From positions 1-64,000 of the forward strand of contig JBBRUX010000010.1 of assembly GCA_038247415.1 (NCBI GenBank): a stretch of 64,000 nt of DNA. Direction: 5' to 3'. Below are positions 8,846-18,745 of this stretch, piece by piece. This stretch comes from Chitinivibrionales bacterium. Lineage in GTDB: Bacteria > Fibrobacterota > Chitinivibrionia > Chitinivibrionales > WJKA01. Under the pieces are notes generated by a model that saw only the letters and a program-made list of their open reading frames with translations, was not told the origin of the DNA and searched no databases. How positions within the stretch are numbered: the first letter of the stretch is position 1; the number at the start of each line of letters is the position of its first letter. The translations under genes and the position numbers were made by a program.

Positions 8846-11341
8846 TTAAAGACCTCTCAAAAGCTCTTCGAGATCTATCGGAGAGACGCGAACTTCTCTA
8901 ACTTTGCTTCCTTCCGAAGGTCCAACAATACCAGCGCGTTCGAGTTCGTCCATAAGTCTGCCTGCTCGGGCAAAGCCAATTTTCATACGACGCTGCAAGA
9001 GTGAGGTTGATCCTTGGCCAATACCAACAATAGTTCGTGCAGCTTCTGCAAATAGTGTGTCACGGTCATCATCGTCATCTCGCATCGAGGATGAACCACT
9101 GCTTCCGGGATCATCAGCAACCTCATCATTGAAACTTTTTATCTTTGCAATACCATATTCCTGCTTTTTGATGAAACGTACAACTTCCTCTACATCTTCT
9201 TCAGAAAGAAATGCCCCATGATACCGTTCGATATCTGGCGCGCCACTCCGCAAAAAGAGCATGTCGCCTTGTCCGAGTAATTTTTCGGATCCTACATGAC
9301 CAAGAATTGTGCGTGAATCGGTGGATTGAATGGTACGAAACGCGATGCGTGAGGTGAGGTTTGCCTTGATAGGTCCTGTGATAATGTCAACCGATGGGCG
9401 TTGTGTTGCGACAATAAGATGAATGCCGACGGCACGAGCCAATTGGGCAATTCTCTGAATTGATGCTTCTACGTCTTTTGATGCTGTGAGCATGAGGTCG
9501 GCTAGTTCATCGACTATTATTACTATAAAGGGAAGGGCCTTGTGTTCGGAATCTGCAAGAATTTCGGGGTCGGTGATAGCTCCCGTGGTGATCTTTAAAT
9601 TAAATGACTCTATGTTGCGAGCACCTGCGCGTGCAAGCAGCCGGTATCTCCTATCCATCTCCATTTGACCCCATTGTAAAGCTTTGACAGCTTCCTTCGA
9701 TTCGGTAACCACGGGCGCAAGCAAATGAGGAATACCCTGATAATATGATAGTTCAACCTTTTTAGGGTCGATCATGATGAGCCGAAGTTCGTCGGGCGTG
9801 CGAGTCATGAGCATGCTGCAAATAAACGAATTGATACAAACGCTTTTTCCTGCCCCTGTTTGCCCTGCAATCAGAAGATGGGGCATCTTGGTAATATCGC
9901 CCACGTAGGGGAGCCCTGCAATATTTCTGCCCACAACAATAGGTAGTTTAGCCTTTGCTTTTGTAAATGCCTCCGAGAGCAGAATATGCTTGAAATATAC
10001 GGTTTGACGATTTTCGTTTGGAAGTTCTATACCAATGGCTGCTTTTCCGGGAATGGGTGCCTGAATTCGGATACGTTGCCCACCAACAGCCATCGAGATG
10101 TCGTCTTGTAAACTAACCACACGGCTTACCTTAATGCCTGGAGCAAGCTCAATCTCGTACCGTGTAACTACAGGGCCCGGAGCAACATTGACCACTTTGC
10201 CCTCTACGCCAAAATTCATGAGAGTTTTTTCGAGTATTTGGGAGTGGCGCTCGATTGATTCGCGATCGATAAAGTTCAGATACGCTGGTGGATCGGGCAA
10301 TGTTTCTGAAGGTGGAATAATATAGGGCTTTGTAGAAACCTTTACGGGGGCAATTTCTTCTTCGGGAACTTTGCAGTATTCTGGTTCGTGCTCATCGGCA
10401 TGAAGGTTTGCCAACGGGGTGTCGATGGTTGCTTCTTCGAGAAGCTCTTCCGAATTTTCGTCGGGAAGTTCAGAGTTCTCTGGTGTCATGATGGTAATGG
10501 GCGTGTTTTTGCGTGCCCTAAAGGCAGCAAGCTCAGAAAGTCTCTCGACTTCAGCGCGTTCTTCGTCGGTTTGTGGTTCCCGAGGCGGTGCAATTGCATT
10601 AGTCTCGCGCATAGGTGCTAACTCTGGGGATGCAATCAATTCAAGGGCTGTAGATGGATTGTCAAGAGGGCCGGTGGCTGCTGTGCGAACTTTTTTAGGC
10701 TTATTGACAGCGGGTTCGGTTGCTGGATCGGGTTCCTGCACAGGTGTTTTAGAAAAAGGCGCTCTAAGAGATTGCCACATAGTAAGAAAGAAATTGCCAG
10801 TATGCGAGCCGGCAGCCAGGATAAGAGGACGAATCGTGATTTCGAACGTAATTATAATAGTAATAAGAATTAAAAGGAGTGTTATAAAATAAGGCCCAAG
10901 CTGATGCGGCCCAAAAACCGTCTGCAAGACTTGGGCTAGCAGTAGGCCAACTACATTTGAGTCGTAATTTTGAATGGGAATCTTTCCAATTGCCAAGAGT
11001 AAACAAACTTCAACAGTAATAATAGACGAATATATGAGAAGCTCCCTTTTACGCGTAGGGTCGGCAAGCTCAAACCACCCGAGGAGCAAAAGCAGCAGGG
11101 GAATAAAGAAAGAGGGCACTAGTCCAAATAATTGCCGTAGACCCAGAGCGAGTTGCGTCCCGCAATAAGGGCCTAATACATTGTCGGTAGTGTTTACGCA
11201 ATGAGATATTAGAGAGATAAGCGTGAGTGTTCCTAGTGCAAGAAAAATAATGCCCCAGAGCTCATGTGCTCGGTCGAGGTTCGGTGCCTTTTTGGGGCTC
11301 TCTTGTGTTTCTTCCGCTTCGCTTTTCGTTTTACGACTCAC
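8846..11341 (-). CDS. ftsK: DNA translocase FtsK
   Basis: Four N-terminal TMs, acidic/Pro linker, PHLLIAGQTGAGKS Walker A, DELADLM, ATQRPS, gamma domain (LQRRMKIGFARAGRLMD). GTG start at 11341 with GGAG RBS. Confidence 0.97.
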   Translation of the reverse strand: MSRKTKSEAEETQESPKKAPNLDRAHELWGIIFLALGTLTLISLISHCVNTTDNVLGPYCGTQLALGLRQLFGLVPSFFIPLLLLLLGWFELADPTRKRELLIYSSIITVEVCLLLAIGKIPIQNYDSNVVGLLLAQVLQTVFGPHQLGPYFITLLLILITIIITFEITIRPLILAAGSHTGNFFLTMWQSLRAPFSKTPVQEPDPATEPAVNKPKKVRTAATGPLDNPSTALELIASPELAPMRETNAIAPPREPQTDEERAEVERLSELAAFRARKNTPITIMTPENSELPDENSEELLEEATIDTPLANLHADEHEPEYCKVPEEEIAPVKVSTKPYIIPPSETLPDPPAYLNFIDRESIERHSQILEKTLMNFGVEGKVVNVAPGPVVTRYEIELAPGIKVSRVVSLQDDISMAVGGQRIRIQAPIPGKAAIGIELPNENRQTVYFKHILLSEAFTKAKAKLPIVVGRNIAGLPYVGDITKMPHLLIAGQTGAGKSVCINSFICSMLMTRTPDELRLIMIDPKKVELSYYQGIPHLLAPVVTESKEAVKALQWGQMEMDRRYRLLARAGARNIESFNLKITTGAITDPEILADSEHKALPFIVIIVDELADLMLTASKDVEASIQRIAQLARAVGIHLIVATQRPSVDIITGPIKANLTSRIAFRTIQSTDSRTILGHVGSEKLLGQGDMLFLRSGAPDIERYHGAFLSEEDVEEVVRFIKKQEYGIAKIKSFNDEVADDPGSSGSSSMRDDDDDRDTLFAEAARTIVGIGQGSTSLLQRRMKIGFARAGRLMDELERAGIVGPSEGSKVREVRVSPIDLEELLRGL

Positions 11342-11759
11342 TATAGACTCCTGAGCACTGTTTTTCCAGTTCGTATACCAAAAATCGGATGCTCTTTGCG
11401 GCACTTGTGCCAGCAGCCGGTTCTAATAATTTAGAATATTCTTCGATAACCCGACTAGCTTCCTGAGCGCGCTTCATATTTGCTCTCAAAAGTGCCCCAA
11501 TTGAAGTGCGATTCATTTCGTTAGCAGTAGTTTCGTTAGAAAAGGGATCTGTGAGCGTATCTCGATTGCTCACCAAATTGAACATTCCGATTTCTTTTTC
11601 TAAAGCTGTTAAAGAATGACGAATTTCTTTGAGGCGTTTCGCGTAATCGGTATTGAGGTTGTAAAGCCTGAAAAATTCTTCAATAACCCGTAGCGCCTCT
11701 CTGAGTCGGTTCGTATTCGCATCGAGTATTCGATAGACCGGATTGAGATCTTTGTTCAT
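11331..11759 (-). CDS. Stand-alone ThiD2-like protein (homologous to N-terminal domain of cyanobacterial-type ThiE)
   Basis: Internally duplicated motif RILDANTNRLREALRVIEE ... ANMKRAQEASRVIEEYSK ... RFLVYELEK. Confidence 0.8.
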   Translation of the reverse strand: MNKDLNPVYRILDANTNRLREALRVIEEFFRLYNLNTDYAKRLKEIRHSLTALEKEIGMFNLVSNRDTLTDPFSNETTANEMNRTSIGALLRANMKRAQEASRVIEEYSKLLEPAAGTSAAKSIRFLVYELEKQCSGVYSES

Positions 11760-11921
11760 GAGAAATAGTGCCTATTCTTGGCTATTTTGTGATAAAAAAT
11801 ATAAGTAATGGAGTAGGCAAAAAGTTATTTTAAACATGATCTTTGTTTTATAAATCAGATCAGATTTCAGGTCGAAGGTACATTTTTTCGGCTTGCACCA
11901 AAGTATATCTAAGGAGCACTC

Positions 11922-12290
11922 ATGTTTGATATAACAACCGAAGCATCGTTTTCAAGCGCCCATTCTCTCAAGGATTACAATGGCCCTTGTGAAAATCTAC
12001 ATGGACACAACTGGCTTGTTCGGGCAACAGTCTCAAGCGAAATACTTAATAGCATTGGGATTGGCATCGATTTTAAGGAGCTCAAAAGAATTCTTAAATT
12101 GGTAATCGATGAACTCGATCATAAAAATCTCTCCGAAATTTTTTGGCCACTGGGTATTAATCCTTCTTCAGAAAATATTGCTAAGTATATATATGAGAAA
12201 ATGAAGGCTTTGCTTCCTCCTGACCCGTGTTGCATGCACAGTGTCACGGTTTTTGAAACTCCGGGAAATTGCACTTCATATTATGAATAA
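11922..12290 (+). CDS. queD: 6-carboxy-5,6,7,8-tetrahydropterin synthase
   Basis: FSSAH, CENLHGHNW, LDHKNL and PSSENIA motifs; AAGGAG RBS. Confidence 0.95.
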   Translation: MFDITTEASFSSAHSLKDYNGPCENLHGHNWLVRATVSSEILNSIGIGIDFKELKRILKLVIDELDHKNLSEIFWPLGINPSSENIAKYIYEKMKALLPPDPCCMHSVTVFETPGNCTSYYE

Positions 12291-12942
12291 TAAGCTTCAC
12301 CAAAAAATCCTAGTGCATGAGGTATTTCATAGTATACAAGGTGAATCCAGTTTTGCTGGTTTACCGTGCATTTTTATTCGTCTTACCGGGTGCAATCTCC
12401 GATGTTCCTACTGCGACACGACGTATGCTTTTTCCGAAGGTCAAGAAGAAACGGTACAGACGTTGGTTGAACGCATTAAACTTTTTCCATGCAATCTGGT
12501 CGAAATAACCGGTGGTGAGCCGCTGTGCCAAGAAGGCACGCCAAGCCTTGTGGGAGAACTTATTAATCGTGGTTACACCGTACTTGTTGAAACGAATGGC
12601 TCGTGTGACATTGGAAAAATTTCATCGCAGGCCATAAAAATTGTTGATGTTAAATGTCCGGGAAGCGGTGCGGCAGATAGTTTTATGCTTTCTAATGTAG
12701 CGCAATTGCAACCTCATGACGAATGCAAATTTGTTGTATCGGATACATCTGATTTCGATTGGTCAAGTAACTTTGTGCAAGAATATCGGCTTTTGGAAAA
12801 GTGCAAAGTTGTATTTTCATCAGTATTTGAAAGGGTGACAGCACGTGAGCTTGCCAAGTGGATACTTGCAAGCGGTATGCCGATTCGCCTTGGTTTACAG
12901 ATTCATAAGTATATTTGGTCACCCCAACAGCGGGGAGTGTAG
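12283..12942 (+). CDS. queE: 7-carboxy-7-deazaguanine synthase (radical SAM)
   Basis: [19 protein letters not shown] (CxxxCxxC), TGGEP, ETNG and QIHKYIW motifs; overlaps the queD stop. Confidence 0.95.
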   Translation: MNNKLHQKILVHEVFHSIQGESSFAGLPCIFIRLTGCNLRCSYCDTTYAFSEGQEETVQTLVERIKLFPCNLVEITGGEPLCQEGTPSLVGELINRGYTVLVETNGSCDIGKISSQAIKIVDVKCPGSGAADSFMLSNVAQLQPHDECKFVVSDTSDFDWSSNFVQEYRLLEKCKVVFSSVFERVTARELAKWILASGMPIRLGLQIHKYIWSPQQRGV

Positions 12943-12943
12943 T

Positions 12944-13639
12944 ATGAAAAAGGCAGTTGTTTTATTATCGGGCGGTATCGATTCAGCAACAGCTGCAGTT
13001 ATTGCCCGTAAAGATGGGTTTGAGCTGTATGCCATGAGCTTTTTGTATGGGCAACGGCACGCTGTCGAGATTAATGCCGCCAAGCACATTGCATCGTTTT
13101 TAGCGGTGAAAGATCATACAATAGTTACTATTAATTTGTCAACGTTTGGAGGGAGCGCACTTACTACGTTAGTGGAGGAAGTACCCAAGAATCGTGGCCC
13201 GCGAGATTCTCAAGATGAAATTCCCCGAACCTATGTACCAGCACGCAATACCATTTTCCTCTCGTATGCTTTGGGCTATGCCGAGGTACTTGGGGCCCAA
13301 GATATTTTTATTGGCGTTAATGCTGTCGATTATTCGGGATATCCCGATTGCCGACCCGAATACATAGCCGCCTATGAAACTATGGCCAATCTGGCTACAC
13401 GAGCTGGTGTACAGGGATCACGGATTGTTATTCGCACGCCGCTCATTGCACTTACCAAGGCAGAAATTATCACCCTGGGCTCTAATTTGGGGCTGGATTA
13501 TGCCATTACTCATTCGTGCTACGATCCCGATAGTGCTGGTGGAGCATGCGGTTTATGCGATAGCTGTTTTATCCGGCGTGAGGGTTTTAAGAGCGCGGGA
13601 TTACCCGATGCAACACGTTACGCGAATCGCCAGGATTAA
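12944..13639 (+). CDS. queC: 7-cyano-7-deazaguanine synthase
   Basis: [25 protein letters not shown] and SCY...CGLCDSC motifs. Confidence 0.97.
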   Translation: MKKAVVLLSGGIDSATAAVIARKDGFELYAMSFLYGQRHAVEINAAKHIASFLAVKDHTIVTINLSTFGGSALTTLVEEVPKNRGPRDSQDEIPRTYVPARNTIFLSYALGYAEVLGAQDIFIGVNAVDYSGYPDCRPEYIAAYETMANLATRAGVQGSRIVIRTPLIALTKAEIITLGSNLGLDYAITHSCYDPDSAGGACGLCDSCFIRREGFKSAGLPDATRYANRQD

Positions 13640-13795
13640 GCAAAAATAGCAGATATTACCTTTGATTGTAGCGGGGTAAAAGAGAAAATTAGCATTGCAC
13701 GTTGAAATTATTGCGTTTGATACGCAAAAAGATGTATCTTTTCTCCACCTTTTATAAGGTATTGAAGATAGTTCTCTGGATGTTAGTTATTATCT

Positions 13796-14200
13796 ATGAA
13801 ATCAATGTATAAAATACTTCTTGTTGATGACGAACCTGGAATTCGCAAAATTTTGCGCTTATTTCTTGAACTCGAAGGCTACCAAATTTTCGAAGCGGTT
13901 ACAGCCAGTCAGGCTCAGCAGATTATAGCTAAAGAACGCCCTCATTTGGTTATTCTAGATGTTATCCTGTGCGGTCAAACCGGATTTGACGTATGCGAAT
14001 GGATAAAGGCTGATCCTGCACTGAGAGAGACTATAGTCTTTTTGTTTACCGCCCTCAATCAAGATCAAGATTATCGAGAAGGTCAGCGTGTTGGTTGTGA
14101 TCTATATCTCACCAAGCCACAAAATCCTAAAGATATTGTTGAAAAAGCAAAAGAATATTTGATTAACAAATACGAACGGACCGAATCGATTTCATCGTGA
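13796..14200 (+). CDS. Single-domain response regulator (receiver only)
   Basis: ILLVDDE, LVILDV (phospho-Asp), FTA, YLTKP; no output domain. Confidence 0.9.
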   Translation: MKSMYKILLVDDEPGIRKILRLFLELEGYQIFEAVTASQAQQIIAKERPHLVILDVILCGQTGFDVCEWIKADPALRETIVFLFTALNQDQDYREGQRVGCDLYLTKPQNPKDIVEKAKEYLINKYERTESISS

Positions 14201-14236
14201 ATCGGTTCTCATTACTGAAAGGAATGAGTCGGCAGC

Positions 14237-15952
14237 ATGAATAAGAATACGCAGGTTGGATTAATCATCATTATTGTTTCCCTTGTAGCATCGGTGTATT
14301 TCCTAAAGGATTCAGTTTTCTTTTACGCTAAATCACCCGAGGCCCGGCAGGAATATCAGGCAAAAGATCCCGCTATTATCAAGAGAATTTTTAATTTGGG
14401 TCTTGATTTGCAGGGCGGTATGCGCATGGTTCTGGAAATCGACAAGAGTCAGCTTGATAAAGACGCCCAAAAAGACGTTATCGATCGCGCCTATACTATT
14501 ATAGAGAATCGTATTAATGGTCTTGGTGTTGCCGAACCAACAATTCAGAAACAAGCACCCGATAAAATCATTGTTGAACTTCCCGGTTTAAAAGATCCTG
14601 CAAATGCAAAAAGTGTTATCGGATCCACCGCTCAGCTCGAATTTATGCTCTTGCGTGAACCCGCCGAGTTATCGAGGGCTATTACAATTGTAGAAAATAC
14701 CCTTAAGGGAAAAGTAGACTCCACAATGATTGCCGATTCATCCGATAGCGCATCGGTTAAGGCAAAAGAAGGTGCCGAACAGGCAGCTCAATTGTTTGGA
14801 GGTCAAGATTCTAGTAAAACAACTGCCAAGGATACCTCTGCGGCGGCAATTGCGGCAAGCGTAGCAAAAATTACTACAACACCTGCGTCGTTTACAGCAT
14901 TGCTTGTTCAGGTGGGTGAACAGGTTGGTGTTTTGGAAATTAATAAAAGTAAAGTTAACGAAATCTTTGCTCGTACCGATGTGCGCGCAGCACTTGATAG
15001 GGCAGGTCTCGGTGGTAACGTATTTCTGTGGGGGCATTCTAGCGAAGGTGGTGCAAATGGATCTCCTAATAAATATCGTATATTGTATTATGTAAAGGCG
15101 CGCCCAGAAATGAAAGGCGACGGCATCGAAGACGCTCGCGCATCAATCAATCAGGGTGGTATGGCAACCGGTCAAGCAATTGTTGAACTCGAAATGAATC
15201 GTAAAGGTGCTCGTACCTTTGCGCGCGTAACCGGTGCAAATATTAATAAGTTCTTGGCAATTGTGCTGGATAGCACTGTGTACTCTGCACCTGTTATCCG
15301 GGGCAAAATTGGTGGAGGTCGTGCACAAATAGAGGGTCGCTTTTCTTTAGAAGAAGCTAAATCGCTTGCCGTTGTGCTGCGTGCTGGTGCTTTGCCTGCG
15401 CCTGTAAAAATTATCGAAGAATCGACTGTTGGACCGTCACTTGGTCAAGACTCTATTATAAAAGCTGAGTGGGCTCTGATTATCGCATTTGTTCTTATCG
15501 TCATGTTTATGGTGTTTTACTATCGGTTAAGCGGCGTAATTGCAAGTTTTGCGCTTTTCTTTCATACACTCTTGCTCTTTGCTGTTATGGCAGGTATTAA
15601 TGCTGCCATTACATTGCCTGGTATCGCAGGTATCATTCTTAACTATGCCATGGCGGTTGACGCGAACGTTATCATTTTTGAGCGCATACGCGAAGAACTT
15701 GATTCTGGTAAAACCGTACGTAGTGCCATTGATGCTGGATTCAAGAGAGCATTCTTTACCATTTTCGACTCTAACATGACTACGCTTATAACCGCGTTGC
15801 TCTTGTTTGGGTTTGGAACAGGTGCCCTTAAGGGTTTTGCAGTTACCCTTACATTCGGTATTATAATTTCGATGTTTACATCTCTTTATGTAACTCAGCA
15901 GATCTTTCATCTGCTTACCGATAATAGCAAAAACACTAAATTGAGCATTTAA
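14237..15952 (+). CDS. secD: Protein translocase subunit SecD
   Basis: LGLDLQGG, RINGLGVAEP, GPSLGQDSI and AVDANVIIFERIREE motifs. Confidence 0.97.
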   Translation: MNKNTQVGLIIIIVSLVASVYFLKDSVFFYAKSPEARQEYQAKDPAIIKRIFNLGLDLQGGMRMVLEIDKSQLDKDAQKDVIDRAYTIIENRINGLGVAEPTIQKQAPDKIIVELPGLKDPANAKSVIGSTAQLEFMLLREPAELSRAITIVENTLKGKVDSTMIADSSDSASVKAKEGAEQAAQLFGGQDSSKTTAKDTSAAAIAASVAKITTTPASFTALLVQVGEQVGVLEINKSKVNEIFARTDVRAALDRAGLGGNVFLWGHSSEGGANGSPNKYRILYYVKARPEMKGDGIEDARASINQGGMATGQAIVELEMNRKGARTFARVTGANINKFLAIVLDSTVYSAPVIRGKIGGGRAQIEGRFSLEEAKSLAVVLRAGALPAPVKIIEESTVGPSLGQDSIIKAEWALIIAFVLIVMFMVFYYRLSGVIASFALFFHTLLLFAVMAGINAAITLPGIAGIILNYAMAVDANVIIFERIREELDSGKTVRSAIDAGFKRAFFTIFDSNMTTLITALLLFGFGTGALKGFAVTLTFGIIISMFTSLYVTQQIFHLLTDNSKNTKLSI

Positions 15953-15980
15953 TTACTTTGCAAAGGAACAGGGACGCGAT

Positions 15981-16919
15981 ATGATTCAGATCCTCAAGAA
16001 TACTAAAGTCAATTTCATTGGAAACCGAAACTATGCATTCGGCTTTTCAGGTGTTCTCATTCTTATCACCATTATTTCATTGTTTGTTCGTGGGGGCCTT
16101 AACTATTCGATCGACTTTGCAGGTGGTACACTTATTCAGCTCAAGTTTGAAAAGTCGATTGTTGCTGATTTAGGTAAAGTACGTGCTATTGTCGATGGTT
16201 TGGCAATAGGATCATCTGAAATCAAAACGATTGGTCGCGAATCCGATAATACAATTCAGATTACCGTTAAGAAAAAAGCAGAAGGCACTCTCGTCGGCGA
16301 TGAAATCCGCGATGCGATTGCTATATCATATGCGCAGAATCCGTTCATTATTCAAAAGGATGAGCGTGTTGGTCCAAAAATAGGTGGTGAAATGCGATCA
16401 AAAGGGTTTTGGATTATCATGCTTTCGTTTCTTGCCCTTATTATTTATCTTGGGTTTCGGTTTAGTTTGCCATACGGAGTTGCTGCTATTATCGCAACTA
16501 TGCATGATGTTATTATAACCATTGGACTATTCTCGGTTCTTAATCTAGAAGTATCGCTTACTATTGTGGTAGCCTTGCTTACGCTTGCGGGATACTCAAT
16601 GAACGATACCATTGTGGTGTTCGACCGTATACGAGAAAATGTTGGTAAAACTTTATCGAATAATAAAACAAGTTTCGAAGATAAGGTAAATACTTCTATT
16701 AATCAGACTTTGTCAAGAACTATTATTACCTCGTTCCTTACGTTTTTAGCAGCAGTAGTTATTTTTGCCGTCTTCTTTTTTACCGAAGACGTCATCAAAT
16801 GGTTTGCGCTTGCCTTTGGTTTTGGTGTTGCAATTGGAACCTACTCCTCAATTTTTGTTGCGAGCCCCATTATAGTTTTGTGGAATAAAAAGTGGCCTGT
16901 TCATACTGCTAAGCAGTAA
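15981..16919 (+). CDS. secF: Protein translocase subunit SecF
   Basis: IDFAGG, VGPKIG, GYSMNDTIVVFDRIRE and GTYSSIFVA motifs. Confidence 0.97.
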   Translation: MIQILKNTKVNFIGNRNYAFGFSGVLILITIISLFVRGGLNYSIDFAGGTLIQLKFEKSIVADLGKVRAIVDGLAIGSSEIKTIGRESDNTIQITVKKKAEGTLVGDEIRDAIAISYAQNPFIIQKDERVGPKIGGEMRSKGFWIIMLSFLALIIYLGFRFSLPYGVAAIIATMHDVIITIGLFSVLNLEVSLTIVVALLTLAGYSMNDTIVVFDRIRENVGKTLSNNKTSFEDKVNTSINQTLSRTIITSFLTFLAAVVIFAVFFFTEDVIKWFALAFGFGVAIGTYSSIFVASPIIVLWNKKWPVHTAKQ

Positions 16920-16971
16920 TACGACAGACCCCTGTTAAGTAAATAAAAATGCACGTTTATGTGCATTGATG

Positions 16972-17009
16972 AAGGAGAAAATCGAAAATGGTTTTCTCCT
17001 TTTTTTTTT
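16972..17009 (+). terminator. Rho-independent terminator after secDF
   Basis: Stem aaggagaaaa / ttttctcctt followed by a T run. Confidence 0.8.
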
Positions 17010-17137
17010 GATTTAATCCAGAATCCTTCCCAAATCACTACGCCATGGTGTATTTTTTAAAGGTTACAATAATATTCAAAAGAGTATTTTTAATTTTTGA
17101 TAGTTCTTTCGCACTTCTTTAAGTATCACACAATAAT

Positions 17138-17210
17138 GCGCCCTTAGCTCAATGGATAGAGCATCTGGCTTCGAACCAGAGGGTTGGGGGTTCGAGTCCC
17201 TCAGGGCGCA
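17138..17210 (+). tRNA. tRNA-Arg(UCG), CCA not encoded
   Basis: Acceptor stem GCGCCCT/AGGGCGC, D arm GCTCAATGGATAGAGC, anticodon arm TCTGG-CTTCGAA-CCAGA, T loop TTCGAGT. Confidence 0.96.
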
Positions 17211-17252
17211 ATTTTTAGTTTTTTTAACAGAGGTTGTTTCGACAATAGGAGA

Positions 17253-18734
17253 ATGGTTTTGGACGCTTTAGAATCTCACAATGATCAGGTTGTTGTTCGG
17301 CAGGAAAAAATTGGTGCGATTGCTGCTGCAGGAATTCATCCGTATGCCGATCGTTTCGAAAAGACGCATTCTTTAGGTGTTGCAAATACCTTAGTCGATG
17401 GTGTGACAGGCGTTTGTGTTGCTGGACGCGTTGTTGGGCTGCGCTATTTTGGGAAACTCGCCTTTGGTCATTTATTTGATGCAACAGGTAAATTGCAATT
17501 CGCAGCACAAAAAACAGTCTTGGGCGAACAATTTGCCCACATTCAAAAATTTGTAGATCTCGGAGATTTTATTGGGCTCGAAGGCGATATGATTACCACC
17601 AAAACGGGTGAAAAAACCCTCAATATCACAAAGTTTACTTTTCTTACAAAATCGCTTCGTCCCCTGCCAGAAAAGTTTCACGGCATCGCAGATCCCGAAA
17701 TTCGTTTACGTAAACGATACCTCGATCTTATTTCTTCGCCCGAATCTATGAAGCGGTTTGTTACCCGTACAAAAATTATTAAAACCATTCGCGATTATCT
17801 CGATACTAACGACTTTACAGAAATCGATACTCCCGTTTTAACGAATAAAGCATGTGGTGCTTTGGCAAGGCCGTTTACTACTCACCATAATGCGCTCGAT
17901 ATCGATATTTATCTCCGTATTGCTCCCGAAACCTATCTTAAACGGGCAATTGCTGGTGGATTTGATCGTGTGTACGAATTTGCACGATCTTTTCGCAATG
18001 AGGGTATGGACGCGAGTCATCTTCCGGATTTTACGTTGCTCGAGTACTATTGCGCATATTGGAATTATCAAGATAATATGAATTTTACCGAGAAGTTATT
18101 CAAACATCTTCTTACCACAATTCTTGGATCGCACTCGGTCACCTACGATGGTCAAGCCATCGATTTTTCTGGTGATTGGCCTCGTATTTCTTTTAGGGAT
18201 CTCATCCTGCGCGATTGTGGTATTGATATCGACCTCTTCGAAACTAAAGATGCTTTAATGGCCGAAATCAAAAAACGCGCTATCTCCTTTACTAGCGATG
18301 TAGATGTTGCAAAAGCTGGCCGGGGTACAATCATCGATCTGCTGTATAAAAAGGTTTCTCGTCCTGCACTCATTAATCCTATTTTCGTTACGCATCATCC
18401 ACTCGATCTCTCTCCTTTGGCGCGTAAAAACGATGCAAATCCGCTTGTTGTCGATCGATTCCAGCTGGTAGTTAACGGATGGGAAGTGGTCAATGCTTAT
18501 TCGGAGCTTGTCGATCCTATCGATCAAGCAGAGCGTTTTGAGCAGCAGTCTGCTGCCCGTGCTGGTGGCGATACCGAGACCATGGAAGTTGATCATGATT
18601 TTCTTACCTGTATGGAATACGGAATGCCGCCTATCTCCGGATGGGGGATGGGTGTGGATCGTATCATTGCGCTCTTGACCGATGCTAAAACATTGCGCGA
18701 TGTTATTCTTTTTCCGCTTATGCGACCAGAATAG
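17253..18734 (+). CDS. lysS: Lysine--tRNA ligase (class II)
   Basis: LRPLPEKFHG, RYLDL, LRIAPE, FRNEG and YGMPP..GWGMGVDR motifs; AGGAG RBS before ATG 17253 (the ORF track's earlier start lies inside the tRNA). Confidence 0.97.
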   Translation: MVLDALESHNDQVVVRQEKIGAIAAAGIHPYADRFEKTHSLGVANTLVDGVTGVCVAGRVVGLRYFGKLAFGHLFDATGKLQFAAQKTVLGEQFAHIQKFVDLGDFIGLEGDMITTKTGEKTLNITKFTFLTKSLRPLPEKFHGIADPEIRLRKRYLDLISSPESMKRFVTRTKIIKTIRDYLDTNDFTEIDTPVLTNKACGALARPFTTHHNALDIDIYLRIAPETYLKRAIAGGFDRVYEFARSFRNEGMDASHLPDFTLLEYYCAYWNYQDNMNFTEKLFKHLLTTILGSHSVTYDGQAIDFSGDWPRISFRDLILRDCGIDIDLFETKDALMAEIKKRAISFTSDVDVAKAGRGTIIDLLYKKVSRPALINPIFVTHHPLDLSPLARKNDANPLVVDRFQLVVNGWEVVNAYSELVDPIDQAERFEQQSAARAGGDTETMEVDHDFLTCMEYGMPPISGWGMGVDRIIALLTDAKTLRDVILFPLMRPE

Positions 18735-18745
18735 GCAATCCAACT

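Noticed and set aside
11760..11921. preQ1 riboswitch upstream of queDEC
   Set aside because: No preQ1-type stem, loop and A-rich tail consensus visible.
11922..13639. queDEC as a DNA 7-deazaguanine (dpd) modification island
   Set aside because: No dpdA or other dpd genes nearby; housekeeping context indicates tRNA queuosine synthesis.
17184..17252. N-terminal extension of LysS in the ORF track
   Set aside because: Starts inside the tRNA; ATG 17253 has a strong RBS.
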